Positions 10,393 to 19,650 of a DNA stretch of 64,000 bases are shown in pieces (the stretch's first letter is position 1; each line of letters begins with the position of its first letter). The translations under genes were made by a program, and so were the position numbers. The stretch is from Promethearchaeota archaeon (GTDB lineage Archaea; Asgardarchaeota; Heimdallarchaeia; Hodarchaeales; Hodarchaeaceae), in the NCBI GenBank assembly GCA_048938105.1, contig JBHLMN010000005.1, positions 32,001 through 96,000 on the forward strand, written 5' to 3'. The notes beneath the pieces were generated by a model that saw only the letters and a program-made list of their open reading frames with translations, did no database searches and was not told the DNA's origin.

Positions 10393-12387
10393 CTAAGAGA
10401 ATTTTCTTTTTTTTCTATTAATTACAAAGCATAATGAAATCAAAGACAATAAAGCAGGTATAATTTCAAATGATGGAATCTCACCGCCACCAGGAATAAT
10501 TGATTTTATATTGGTCATTCGACCTGTATTTATCAGAGCAAAGTATGGGACATAACTTTCATAGGTCGCTTCCCAACTATTAGATACTTCATTGTAAACG
10601 GTAGTAATATTCAACCACTGACTAGACTGATTATCCCAACGCTTCCATTGATACACAGGAAATTCACTTGCGTTGGAAGAGAGCATTAACGTAAGAGTAA
10701 TGAAAATGATTTCATCAGATTTTTCACAATTGAACTCTATTGCATATACCGCATTTTCAGGTAATGAATCTTTTGATATAACAGAAAGATTAAAGAATTG
10801 ATCAATCGATGAAGTTAATGTTAAAATGAACCAAAGGTCATTTGACGCATTTTTGAACCTAATTGTCCGTGGAGAATTAGCTTTTATCTCCCAATTCCAA
10901 TCAAATGCACTAATATAAATTGAAAACGAAATTCTTGTAGAAGCAATATTCTGAGCTTCATCAGTTGCATAAATAAGTAATATATAACTTCCATTCTCAA
11001 GATTTGAATATCTTATTGTATGGTTTTGCAAAGTCTCGATGAAAATACTTTTGATGTTCATATTCAGTAATCTATACGTCAGATTTATGTCCTCAGAAGA
11101 AGTTATTATTATCTCAACATCTCCTTTAATAACTGAGTTGTTTACAAAATCATAGGTTATCTCAGGAGGACTATTATCAACAATCCATATATAGCGAGCA
11201 TTTACCCATAATCCTGAAATTGGACTCTTTACAGAGACATTTAGGATGTGGGATATTTCCAATTCTGGATTCGGAACTGGAATGTACGTATTTTCATCAA
11301 CTGATTCAAAATTTCCTCCATCCCATTGATAAACTATTGTTCCATTTCCTGAAGAGATGAATAGCTGAATCTCTGTTGTCCCTTTAATTTTTGAATTGTT
11401 TCGTGGAGTAAGCAATGAAATCCCTGGCAATGTATTATCAGTAATATATACTAAATGATAGTAGTCGTGAAATCCAACATTATCAAATGCTATAATGAAT
11501 ATTTCATGGGAACCATCTTCCCCAGGTAAGATTACGTTGAAAAAATTCGAAGAAGTCGTTAAATTATTGTCATCATCCCAATGATAGTAAATTACATCAG
11601 TACCATAGGGAGAGGTGAATTCCAGAGAGATTATTGTATTTGAAGCTAATCTTGAATTATTAATGTGAGAAGCTTGCATGATATAGGGGCCTTTGTAATC
11701 TGGGGGTGGTTGGGCAATTTCTGCTTTTGTCAAATTGAACCATATAATATTGGGTCCTAAATCTTCTTTCAAACAGAGGAGTAACCCACTGTCAGCAGCA
11801 TACCAGAATGTTAATATTCCTGCAGCTATTTTCCATGCTTTAAATTCCTGATCGACCTGGGCCATTTTTATTGTGTCAGCAAGAACAGTTACAGTATAAG
11901 TATCAACTGTGAATTGATACTTATCAAAAAAGCCAGTTGTATCAATCCAAAAATCTAGTGAATGACTCGGGTTACCGAATATAATCTCCCAGTAATTGGT
12001 TGCTTCATATCCATGGTTAGTACTTGTTCGATTCACAATAGAATCAAACGATGGTTTATCTAAAGTAGGGATTGAGTAATCAAAATGGATAAACCAATGG
12101 GTTCTATTCAACGATAAAACTGTTGCATTAAAAGAGTCCTGAAATGCTGTTGTTCCTTGTTCATATTCGATATAACTACTTATTGTAAGATTTGTGTTTG
12201 GGAGAATAGTTTTATTAAGATCAAATGTCTGTAGATGTTTAAGAGAAGGATTTTGTAAAGGATAATCATCATTTATATTTGTTGTTGGCATTTGGAGGGT
12301 AGATTCAGATATAATGTTGCTGTTTGGTAAATTCAACATAAAAAATAGCAATATAGGAACGAAATAAGTCTGGTAATGCTTTCTCAT
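10393..12387 (-). CDS. secreted multi-Ig-like cell-surface protein with C-terminal sorting signal
   Basis: N-terminal signal peptide; repeated beta-rich units (DNTLPGI, DNSPPEI); IPSFE + TM + RKKRK tail. Confidence 0.8.
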   Translation of the reverse strand: MRKHYQTYFVPILLFFMLNLPNSNIISESTLQMPTTNINDDYPLQNPSLKHLQTFDLNKTILPNTNLTISSYIEYEQGTTAFQDSFNATVLSLNRTHWFIHFDYSIPTLDKPSFDSIVNRTSTNHGYEATNYWEIIFGNPSHSLDFWIDTTGFFDKYQFTVDTYTVTVLADTIKMAQVDQEFKAWKIAAGILTFWYAADSGLLLCLKEDLGPNIIWFNLTKAEIAQPPPDYKGPYIMQASHINNSRLASNTIISLEFTSPYGTDVIYYHWDDDNNLTTSSNFFNVILPGEDGSHEIFIIAFDNVGFHDYYHLVYITDNTLPGISLLTPRNNSKIKGTTEIQLFISSGNGTIVYQWDGGNFESVDENTYIPVPNPELEISHILNVSVKSPISGLWVNARYIWIVDNSPPEITYDFVNNSVIKGDVEIIITSSEDINLTYRLLNMNIKSIFIETLQNHTIRYSNLENGSYILLIYATDEAQNIASTRISFSIYISAFDWNWEIKANSPRTIRFKNASNDLWFILTLTSSIDQFFNLSVISKDSLPENAVYAIEFNCEKSDEIIFITLTLMLSSNASEFPVYQWKRWDNQSSQWLNITTVYNEVSNSWEATYESYVPYFALINTGRMTNIKSIIPGGGEIPSFEIIPALLSLISLCFVINRKKRKFS

Positions 12388-12464
12388 ACTTATTGAATCA
12401 CCAAAAAAATATTACTGGATTTTAACTCTAAATCAAAACAAAATGCAAGTGAATTAAAAAGTTA

Positions 12465-12479
12465 GTATACACTGTGCAC
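12465..12479. promoter_or_regulatory. second copy of the putative operator (GTATACACTGTGCAC)
   Basis: in the divergent intergenic region upstream of the surface-protein/ABC operon; matches 4738-4752 at 14/15 in reverse complement. Confidence 0.6.
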
Positions 12480-12623
12480 GAAAGCGAATTTCGTAAAAGA
12501 AATTAAAGTTTAAAAGGATTGTACTAAATACCTACTATTAGATCCAAATCTTTCCATGTTTTGAGATTCGTATAGGTTAAAATAAATAATCTTTTATTTA
12601 CAGAAATTCACAGAGGATGAATC

Positions 12624-13274
12624 ATGGCAAGAAGAACCAGAAAGATTCCCAAACAGGATCTTAGTGAGAAACCAGTCTCTAAGGAGGAAGAGCTCGACAA
12701 AGTTCTTACAAGATTAAATTCTATTCATTCAAAACATCATGAAACGTCCCCTAGGGGAGGACCATCCTTTCTTAATAAGAAAGTGATCATGACAAGTTCG
12801 TTTATTATAATTATATCATTAGGAGTTCTTACATTAGGCACTCAATTTATGGAAACTGAGACTATTAGTTCTATCGACTCTCTTGACTTTACAATTCAGC
12901 TCCTAGATAAAAGTGAGGTTCTGTTATCAGATTATAAAGGGGAACCGATTATTCTTGACTTCATGGCTAGATATTGTTCTGCCTGTAAAACCCAAATTGA
13001 TGAGTTCAAACTATTTCAACCAAAATACCCTGAAGTTCGTATCATATCAGTTTCTGTTTCTTCTGACGACAGTATTACTCTGCTAAAGAATTATAAAAAT
13101 AATTATGGCATTTCTTGGACATTAGGGCGAGATATCACCAAACAGGGTGCAAAACTCTTCTCTGTTCAATATATACCCAAAATAGCACTTTTTGATTCAA
13201 AAGGGACGCTCAAACATGAGAATACAGGAGTTGTTAACTACGATACCCTAGTAGAATGGGTCAATGAATTATAA
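12624..13274 (+). CDS. membrane-anchored TlpA/ResA-like thiol-disulfide oxidoreductase
   Basis: single TM helix, LDFMARYCSAC (CxxC), YIP cis-Pro loop. Confidence 0.9.
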   Translation: MARRTRKIPKQDLSEKPVSKEEELDKVLTRLNSIHSKHHETSPRGGPSFLNKKVIMTSSFIIIISLGVLTLGTQFMETETISSIDSLDFTIQLLDKSEVLLSDYKGEPIILDFMARYCSACKTQIDEFKLFQPKYPEVRIISVSVSSDDSITLLKNYKNNYGISWTLGRDITKQGAKLFSVQYIPKIALFDSKGTLKHENTGVVNYDTLVEWVNEL

Positions 13275-13290
13275 CCAAGGTAGATAAATA

Positions 13291-14046
13291 ATGATGATAT
13301 TTGGAATTGAAGTAAACGAGTCGATAGGCCTTCCGCTTTTTTTCCTGATCGGTTTGTATATAGCCCTCTCGCCTTGTCTCTTTCCTATCATGCCTATGAC
13401 AGTCTTTCGTATAATGAGTAGAACAATTACTGACGACTTGGGTGAGGTTCAAACCCCAACTCGTAGAATGGCTCTTCAATGGGTTATTTTATTAACTAGT
13501 GGTATAATGATAACTTTTTTTCTTGCTATTTTGGTCTCTGTTTATGTCTGGCATAACTTAGGTTTCTTTCTTATTGAAAATTTTAATGAAATTACTTTTC
13601 TCTTAGGTCTTCTTTTAATAATTATGGGATTATTTCTTTTATTTCCAGTGTTGTCAAAGTTGACTTTTGCCCGAATTCCCATCCCTCAGAGGGTGACTGA
13701 CTCTTTTCAACGAGAAGAATATCGGCAGTTAGACTTGTTTTTAATTGGTTTTGGTTATTCGATCATCGCATTACCATGTTCATTTCCAGTTTTTCTAATA
13801 TTATTATCCATTATTCCCTATATTGGAAATATTTTCTTTCTATTTGTTGGAATGATCCTTTTCTCAATTGGGTTGCTCATTCCTTATCTTATTCTAGTTT
13901 TGGTTGCTGCAGAAGCAAGAACTCGAGCTGCTTCTTTACTTGCAGAGAAGTTTCGAATTGTTGAGATTATAACAGGGATTCTTGTGATTATATTTGGTAT
14001 ACTTTTCATATGGCCAAGTTTCGGTGGTCCATATGTTTTTCTTTAA
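13291..14046 (+). CDS. ccdA: CcdA/DsbD-family disulfide reductase membrane protein
   Basis: SPCLFP and LPCSFP Cys motifs in a 6-TM protein, adjacent to the TlpA-like gene. Confidence 0.88.
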   Translation: MMIFGIEVNESIGLPLFFLIGLYIALSPCLFPIMPMTVFRIMSRTITDDLGEVQTPTRRMALQWVILLTSGIMITFFLAILVSVYVWHNLGFFLIENFNEITFLLGLLLIIMGLFLLFPVLSKLTFARIPIPQRVTDSFQREEYRQLDLFLIGFGYSIIALPCSFPVFLILLSIIPYIGNIFFLFVGMILFSIGLLIPYLILVLVAAEARTRAASLLAEKFRIVEIITGILVIIFGILFIWPSFGGPYVFL

Positions 14047-14047
14047 T

Positions 14048-15226
14048 CTAGTTGTGTGCTGAATTATGAGTAGATTCAAAAGGAAAATCCATTTTCATGA
14101 GTAAACAGTAGTTTGAAGGGGTCTCATTTTGTTCTATAAATTCATCGAAATCGCAAATAGTGATAATCCCTTGGAAATTATCAACCAAATCTAAAAATTT
14201 TTCAATCCCTTTGAGTTCAGTTCCAGCAAGGCCAATCTCATTTATTACAATCTCGTTTGTCAAAACTAGAAAGAGAGTTTCATACCGAGGATTCAGTTTC
14301 AATTTTCTACCCAATTCTTTGTAAGTATTTCGAGTTTTATTCCATTCAGAAATCTGATCCTGCAGACTGTTTTGTTTCTGAACAGCCCAATCTCGTAAGG
14401 TTTTTGCAGTCCATATTTTATGTTCAAGTAATTGAGAAAAGCTAATTAGGGGAGAAGTAGAAATAAGAAAAACAAAGGGATTCTGGTAGAGATATCTAAA
14501 AACTTGAAATGTAACCTTAAAGTTAAATTTTAGCTCACGATATTCTTTGAGCTCAATCCAGCACTCTTTTCCTTTCCATTGACCGATCATATCAGGTGCT
14601 AATATAATCCCATCAAGATCTTGGAGCTGTTCTTCTGTTACATCTGTTGCTTCTTGTAAGTTTTCGAATCCATTTTTTTCAAGGAATAATCGCAAATTAT
14701 TGATGCTTTTTTCAGAATGGTCACTTTCTGGGGTGTCTAAAATATCATTAACATACCTTCGATTTATAGCTCGCTTAATATAACGATTTAGAATTTCTAT
14801 TTCCTTTGTGAATCGTTTCTTAAAATTTTTTTCAATTTTTTGATGTAATTCCTCAAGATCCTCTATGTGTGGACGTAGTTGTCTTTCTACAGCTTCGTTC
14901 CGATAGAATATTGATGAAAAACGGCCTTTTTTCCGATCTGTTCGCGTTGGCATACCAAAACAAGCCCTTAAAGAGTTGGGAGTGTGGTACAACATTGGAT
15001 ATTCACGGACAAATTGTATTCCAGCTGCTAAAGCAACTTCACGAAACAATTTTCTGTCTGGAACATTCCAACGTAGTGTTTCAATAGGTGAGAACTCATC
15101 AAGGCGTTTAATTAACCCATCTAAGCGATTTTTGTGAATACTCCGAACTCCTTTCAGTTCCTCAGGATGATTACGGAGATAGGACTTTATTCTTCTTAGA
15201 ACCGTTTTCCGGGTTTGGGGGCTCAT
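14048..15226 (-). CDS. hypothetical protein with a putative PD-(D/E)xK nuclease domain
   Basis: FLEKNGF helix followed by PDMIGQWKGKECWIELK (PD-x12-ExK). Confidence 0.55.
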   Translation of the reverse strand: MSPQTRKTVLRRIKSYLRNHPEELKGVRSIHKNRLDGLIKRLDEFSPIETLRWNVPDRKLFREVALAAGIQFVREYPMLYHTPNSLRACFGMPTRTDRKKGRFSSIFYRNEAVERQLRPHIEDLEELHQKIEKNFKKRFTKEIEILNRYIKRAINRRYVNDILDTPESDHSEKSINNLRLFLEKNGFENLQEATDVTEEQLQDLDGIILAPDMIGQWKGKECWIELKEYRELKFNFKVTFQVFRYLYQNPFVFLISTSPLISFSQLLEHKIWTAKTLRDWAVQKQNSLQDQISEWNKTRNTYKELGRKLKLNPRYETLFLVLTNEIVINEIGLAGTELKGIEKFLDLVDNFQGIITICDFDEFIEQNETPSNYCLLMKMDFPFESTHNSAHN

Positions 15227-15789
15227 TTTTCCTCGCTCATCGTTTTCAAATTTGCAAATTCCGTAGCAGAAATATCCATTAATATAATGTCATGATATTG
15301 CCCACTTATAAAATGTGCTTCTCGCTTTCTTCCTGTTTCAACGAAACCGATCTTCTTATAGCACGCTAGAGCTCTCTGATTAAAAGGAAATGTTTCTAGT
15401 TCAATTGTATGCAGGTTTAGAACAGAAAACCCAAAATCAAGTATCAGTTCTAATGCTTCAGTACCAAGTCCCTTACCCCAATACTGTGGATTAAATATCG
15501 CAATTCCTAGAGATCCTCTTTGGGCAATATTATTGATAATTTGGAGTTCTATATTACCGATGTATTTGTTTTTCTCAATAAGGAATATACCAAATATGTA
15601 TGCCTCACCTTTTTGACGTCGTTCCCATGAGTGACGAATCCAATCTATTTCCTCGTCTCGTGATGCGATTAGTGGTCTAGAAAGGAATTGGTGTAATTCT
15701 GGATTATTCCAGTATTTCATAAGCTCGTCTACATCTGAAAGTTCTAATCCTCTCAGTAAAATTTGTGTCCCTTGTAAAATCTCTTTCAA
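15223..15789 (-). CDS. GNAT N-acetyltransferase, RimJ/RimL family
   Basis: YWGKGLGTEA acetyl-CoA motif, NQRALACYKKIGF. Confidence 0.92.
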   Translation of the reverse strand: MKEILQGTQILLRGLELSDVDELMKYWNNPELHQFLSRPLIASRDEEIDWIRHSWERRQKGEAYIFGIFLIEKNKYIGNIELQIINNIAQRGSLGIAIFNPQYWGKGLGTEALELILDFGFSVLNLHTIELETFPFNQRALACYKKIGFVETGRKREAHFISGQYHDIILMDISATEFANLKTMSEEK

Positions 15790-15922
15790 CTCTCCTAATT
15801 AGAGTTATATTGGGTCTCCCAGGTCAATGACTGAAGATCAACCGATTCTGTTATTCTATTATTCACTTGGTCTATTGAGAGTGAATTTTATATAACTTCC
15901 AAAAAGGTTTTGAATCTTCTCA

Positions 15923-17035
15923 ATGAATCTTTCAGCGGTCAGAAAAAAAGTGGTGTCTTCTCCAATGTCATCTCCTTTCTTATTTCAAGAATATCCATCT
16001 TTGGATGGGACTATTCCTTGGATCCCGTTAGTTAACAGTCCTACACCTATAAAACGCCTAGTAAAATTAGAAACCGATTTGAAAACTGACATACAACTTT
16101 GGGTAAAACAAGATAATCTCACATCTCAAGTGTATGGTGGTAATAAGGTACGAAAGCTCGAGTTTATCATAGCTGATGCGCTTCAAAGAAAAAAAGAAAC
16201 AATAGCTACATTAGGAGGTATTGGTACAAATCATGGTTTAGCTACAACGATTTTTGGTAAGGAGAATGGATTAAACACAGTTTTATATTTAATAAAACAA
16301 CCAATTACAAAACATGTGCTTGATAATCTGAAATTAGATTTCCACTATGGGGCCGAGATGAAATATGTGAAAAATTATTTTGGAGTAGGAGTTCAGTTTT
16401 ATTTTCTAGATCGATTAAGACGAAAACAAACCTATTGGCTGCCTGCAGGTGGAAGTACACCGCTTGGAATAATGGGATATGTGAATGCTGCTTTGGAGTT
16501 GAAGCAACAGGTTGAAGAGGGAAAATTACCTGAACCTGAACTTCTTTTTGTTGCTGCAGGTACTACAGGTACAATGGCAGGGATTGAATTGGGGATTCAA
16601 CTTGCTAGTTTAAAAACACAAGTTTTAGGAATTCGCGTAACAGATAGAATGGCTGCCACAACAAGAAAAGTCAAGAATCTTATTAAATCTGCCCTCAGAA
16701 TTCTCCGTAAGGACTCTAAACTAAGAAATTTTCGATTTGTTCCAAAATTTCAACTTATAGATCAATATTATGGGGGGAAATACGGTCAAGTAACTCCTGA
16801 AGGGCAAAAAGCAGTTAATTTACTAAAACAGACAGAAAATATTTCATTAGAAACAACCTATACAGGAAAAACTTTTGCTGCTCTTATAGATTATGTGAAA
16901 AGTGTAGAAATCGCAGGACCAATATTATTTTGGAATACATATAATTCTGTTGATTTATCAGCTGTGGCAGATCGGGTGGAATATCAACAACTACCCTCAG
17001 AATTTCATCATTTATTTGTAGAAAAGGTACAATAA
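15923..17035 (+). CDS. PLP-dependent D-cysteine desulfhydrase / ACC deaminase family protein
   Basis: GGNKVRKLEF PLP lysine motif, GTTGTMAG, ETTYTGK. Confidence 0.9.
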   Translation: MNLSAVRKKVVSSPMSSPFLFQEYPSLDGTIPWIPLVNSPTPIKRLVKLETDLKTDIQLWVKQDNLTSQVYGGNKVRKLEFIIADALQRKKETIATLGGIGTNHGLATTIFGKENGLNTVLYLIKQPITKHVLDNLKLDFHYGAEMKYVKNYFGVGVQFYFLDRLRRKQTYWLPAGGSTPLGIMGYVNAALELKQQVEEGKLPEPELLFVAAGTTGTMAGIELGIQLASLKTQVLGIRVTDRMAATTRKVKNLIKSALRILRKDSKLRNFRFVPKFQLIDQYYGGKYGQVTPEGQKAVNLLKQTENISLETTYTGKTFAALIDYVKSVEIAGPILFWNTYNSVDLSAVADRVEYQQLPSEFHHLFVEKVQ

Positions 17036-17078
17036 AAGGAGTACTTCTTTTTATGTATTTTCTCCCCTTTTTTATAGT

Positions 17079-17684
17079 TTAAGAAGACCTTCTTAGTTTA
17101 ATCTCTTCTTCAACTGCTTGTAGAGTATTTTGAATCATAAGAATAGTTTCTTTAAGCTGCGTTTCTTCCATTTCAAGATCTTCTAAACTAGCATTTTGTA
17201 ACAATTCAGAAAATTCTTCATCAGTAAGCTCTAGTTTGGATTTTATCATCTGTAAATGAGGCCGTGGAGGTGGGCCATGGCGATGTATCCTAAATGCCTT
17301 AGCAAAATCCCTTCGTGCTTGTTCTAATTTTTGTGCAACTTCAACCCCATAATCCGTTAATTGATACTTTTTAATGTCTCGTTTTCCCTTTTTGTCAATT
17401 TCTTTGATTATTCCTTCCTCTTTGAATTCGTTGAGTATTGGATAGATAGATGCTGTTTTGGGCTCCCATCTTTCGTCTGTAAGTTCTTTAATTGCCTTAG
17501 CAATGTGGTACCCGTGGATTTTTTTTCTAAAAGGGCTTTCATCTGGCATTGTACTTTTTGAATGTTGTTTCTCGTGGCTTAAGAGATGTAGAATGAAAAA
17601 ACGTAAACTACCTCTATGGAATCCTTGGATCCATTTCTCTACAAGAGCATCGGCAGTCTTTTTCTTCTCATTTTTTGATTCCAA
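17079..17684 (-). CDS. PadR family transcriptional regulator
   Basis: HGYHIAKAI, SIYPIL, KKYQLTDYG; C-terminal coiled coil. Confidence 0.9.
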   Translation of the reverse strand: MESKNEKKKTADALVEKWIQGFHRGSLRFFILHLLSHEKQHSKSTMPDESPFRKKIHGYHIAKAIKELTDERWEPKTASIYPILNEFKEEGIIKEIDKKGKRDIKKYQLTDYGVEVAQKLEQARRDFAKAFRIHRHGPPPRPHLQMIKSKLELTDEEFSELLQNASLEDLEMEETQLKETILMIQNTLQAVEEEIKLRRSS

Positions 17685-17760
17685 ATGAATGAATCCTCTC
17701 TTTTGATTAATAGTGGAAAGTATTACCTAGATCTTAATCTACAGTTCACTTATTATATAT

Positions 17761-17788
17761 CTAGGAAACCTATATATAGTTTTCCTAG
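17761..17788. promoter_or_regulatory. 28-bp palindrome CTAGGAAACCTATATATAGTTTTCCTAG, putative PadR operator centred on a TATA element
   Basis: 13 of 14 symmetric pairs match; lies between the divergent padR and ABC exporter genes. Confidence 0.7.
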
Positions 17789-17844
17789 CTAATCTAAAAA
17801 ATAGATAATTTGAAAAATAAATCACTTATTCTGGAAGATAGGTT

Positions 17845-19650
17845 ATGCAAGTCCCCCAGACAGTTTCAATTGATGTTCAACAGAGAGCATATTCTCCAGT
17901 GCCAACAGAAAAGTATCGTTCTGCCACTCATTGGTATTTAAGTTTTCTTTGGCGTAGTCCAGGCCTTGTTTTATTAAGTTTGGGAATTTCTTTAATAAGT
18001 GTGTTTTTAACACTTTTTCCCAGTATCCTTCTTGGACAAGCGTTCAGTATTCTCCAATCTGAAGGATTCTCTCAAACATTTCTTCTTGTTTGTCTAGGAA
18101 TAATCATTACTGCTCTCTTAAGCTTTGGAATCACCTTTATTGCAAATTATTCGTGGACTGTAGCTGCATTTAGATTTGAAAGGGATATTCGGCAAGAGTT
18201 TTTCGACATTATTCAGGAACATTCTATGACTTTTCATGATGAGATTGATAGTAGTACCCTGTTATCCATGGCGATGAATGAAATCTCTCAAATGCGGATG
18301 GGTGTTAATCCTAGTATGCGAATGCTCTCTAGTTCATTCCTGAGTATGATATTTATTACAATCATCTTTTTAGCATTCAATCCTATTTACTTTCTAATTG
18401 CTTTACTTGGATTTCCACTCTATCTTCTCTTAGTGGTTCGATATTCTACTATTATCGGGCCAATTCGAGAGGAGCTTGCCTCAAGATTGGCTGTGGTAAC
18501 ACGGGATTCTCAAGAAATTTTCCGTGGTATCGAAGTTGTTCGAAGTTTCAACCAAGAAGATCAAGAAAATAGACGATTTGCTTCTGGAAGTGCTAATTAT
18601 GCAGATATAGTAACAACAGAAGGACGTTTATCTGCATTCTTTTGGCCAGCACTAGTACTGATCGCTCTAACTGCACTGATCTTCGGTTTAGGATTAATTA
18701 ATTTAGCTGATAATCCTTCTACTATTGATACATTTACTTCATCTGTTTCTATGTTGCTATCACTTCAATTCCTTAATTTCATGCTTCCAATGGCAATTTT
18801 AAATATTCGAGCTGGAAAAGCTAATGCAGATCGCATCTGGTCGAAAATGGCCTGGCAAGATCCAGTCCCTGACACAGCTCAGGAAGGAATTGTTCCTGAT
18901 TGGGGTGGAGACATTGTTTTTGAAGATGTTTGCTTTAGCTATGGAAATTCGTCAAAGCCAGCATTAACGAATATCAATCTCACAATTCCTTCTGGTTCAA
19001 GAGTTGCTGTAATCGGAGGCCCAGGATCTGGGAAGTCAACCTTCCTCAAGTTACTCCTACGCTTATATGATCCCACGGCTGGACAGATTAAAATCAATGG
19101 TATTCCTCTAACAGAAATACCTGCTGCTGAAATTCGAAAAGGTGTCACGATGGTTGAGCAGGAGGTTTTTCTTTTTTCCGCCTCGGTAAGAGAGAACATT
19201 GCTTTTGCTAAACCTAATGCTTCAGATGAAGAAATTATCTCTGCGGCAGAAAATGCTCAAGCTTTAAAATTCATTGAAAAGCTTCCCCAAGGATTTGAGA
19301 CGAGGATAGGAGAACGTGGATCAAAGCTATCTGGTGGACAAAGACAGCGAATTGCGATTGCAAGAGCTATTCTAGCAGATCCAAAGGTCTTATTACTTGA
19401 CGATTCTGCTTCTGCGATTGATTCTAAGACTGAGCTTCTTCTTCGTCGGGCACTTGATATGTTGATGGAGAATCGTACGTCTATTGTTGTAACACAGCGA
19501 TTAAGGACTCTGGTTGAATCTGATTTTATTGTTCTATTTGATAAAGGAGAGATTTGTGCTTATGGGCCTCATGAAAAGATGTTGGAATCGTGTCCTCAAT
19601 ATCAAACGATATTTGAAGCACTTCCAGAAGTTGTAGGAGGTCGATTCTGA
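17845..19650 (+). CDS. heterodimeric ABC exporter subunit (TMD+NBD, degenerate catalytic site)
   Basis: 6 TM + GGPGSGKS, LSGGQ, Walker B LLLDD (E to D), H-loop VTQR (H to Q). Confidence 0.93.
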   Translation: MQVPQTVSIDVQQRAYSPVPTEKYRSATHWYLSFLWRSPGLVLLSLGISLISVFLTLFPSILLGQAFSILQSEGFSQTFLLVCLGIIITALLSFGITFIANYSWTVAAFRFERDIRQEFFDIIQEHSMTFHDEIDSSTLLSMAMNEISQMRMGVNPSMRMLSSSFLSMIFITIIFLAFNPIYFLIALLGFPLYLLLVVRYSTIIGPIREELASRLAVVTRDSQEIFRGIEVVRSFNQEDQENRRFASGSANYADIVTTEGRLSAFFWPALVLIALTALIFGLGLINLADNPSTIDTFTSSVSMLLSLQFLNFMLPMAILNIRAGKANADRIWSKMAWQDPVPDTAQEGIVPDWGGDIVFEDVCFSYGNSSKPALTNINLTIPSGSRVAVIGGPGSGKSTFLKLLLRLYDPTAGQIKINGIPLTEIPAAEIRKGVTMVEQEVFLFSASVRENIAFAKPNASDEEIISAAENAQALKFIEKLPQGFETRIGERGSKLSGGQRQRIAIARAILADPKVLLLDDSASAIDSKTELLLRRALDMLMENRTSIVVTQRLRTLVESDFIVLFDKGEICAYGPHEKMLESCPQYQTIFEALPEVVGGRF

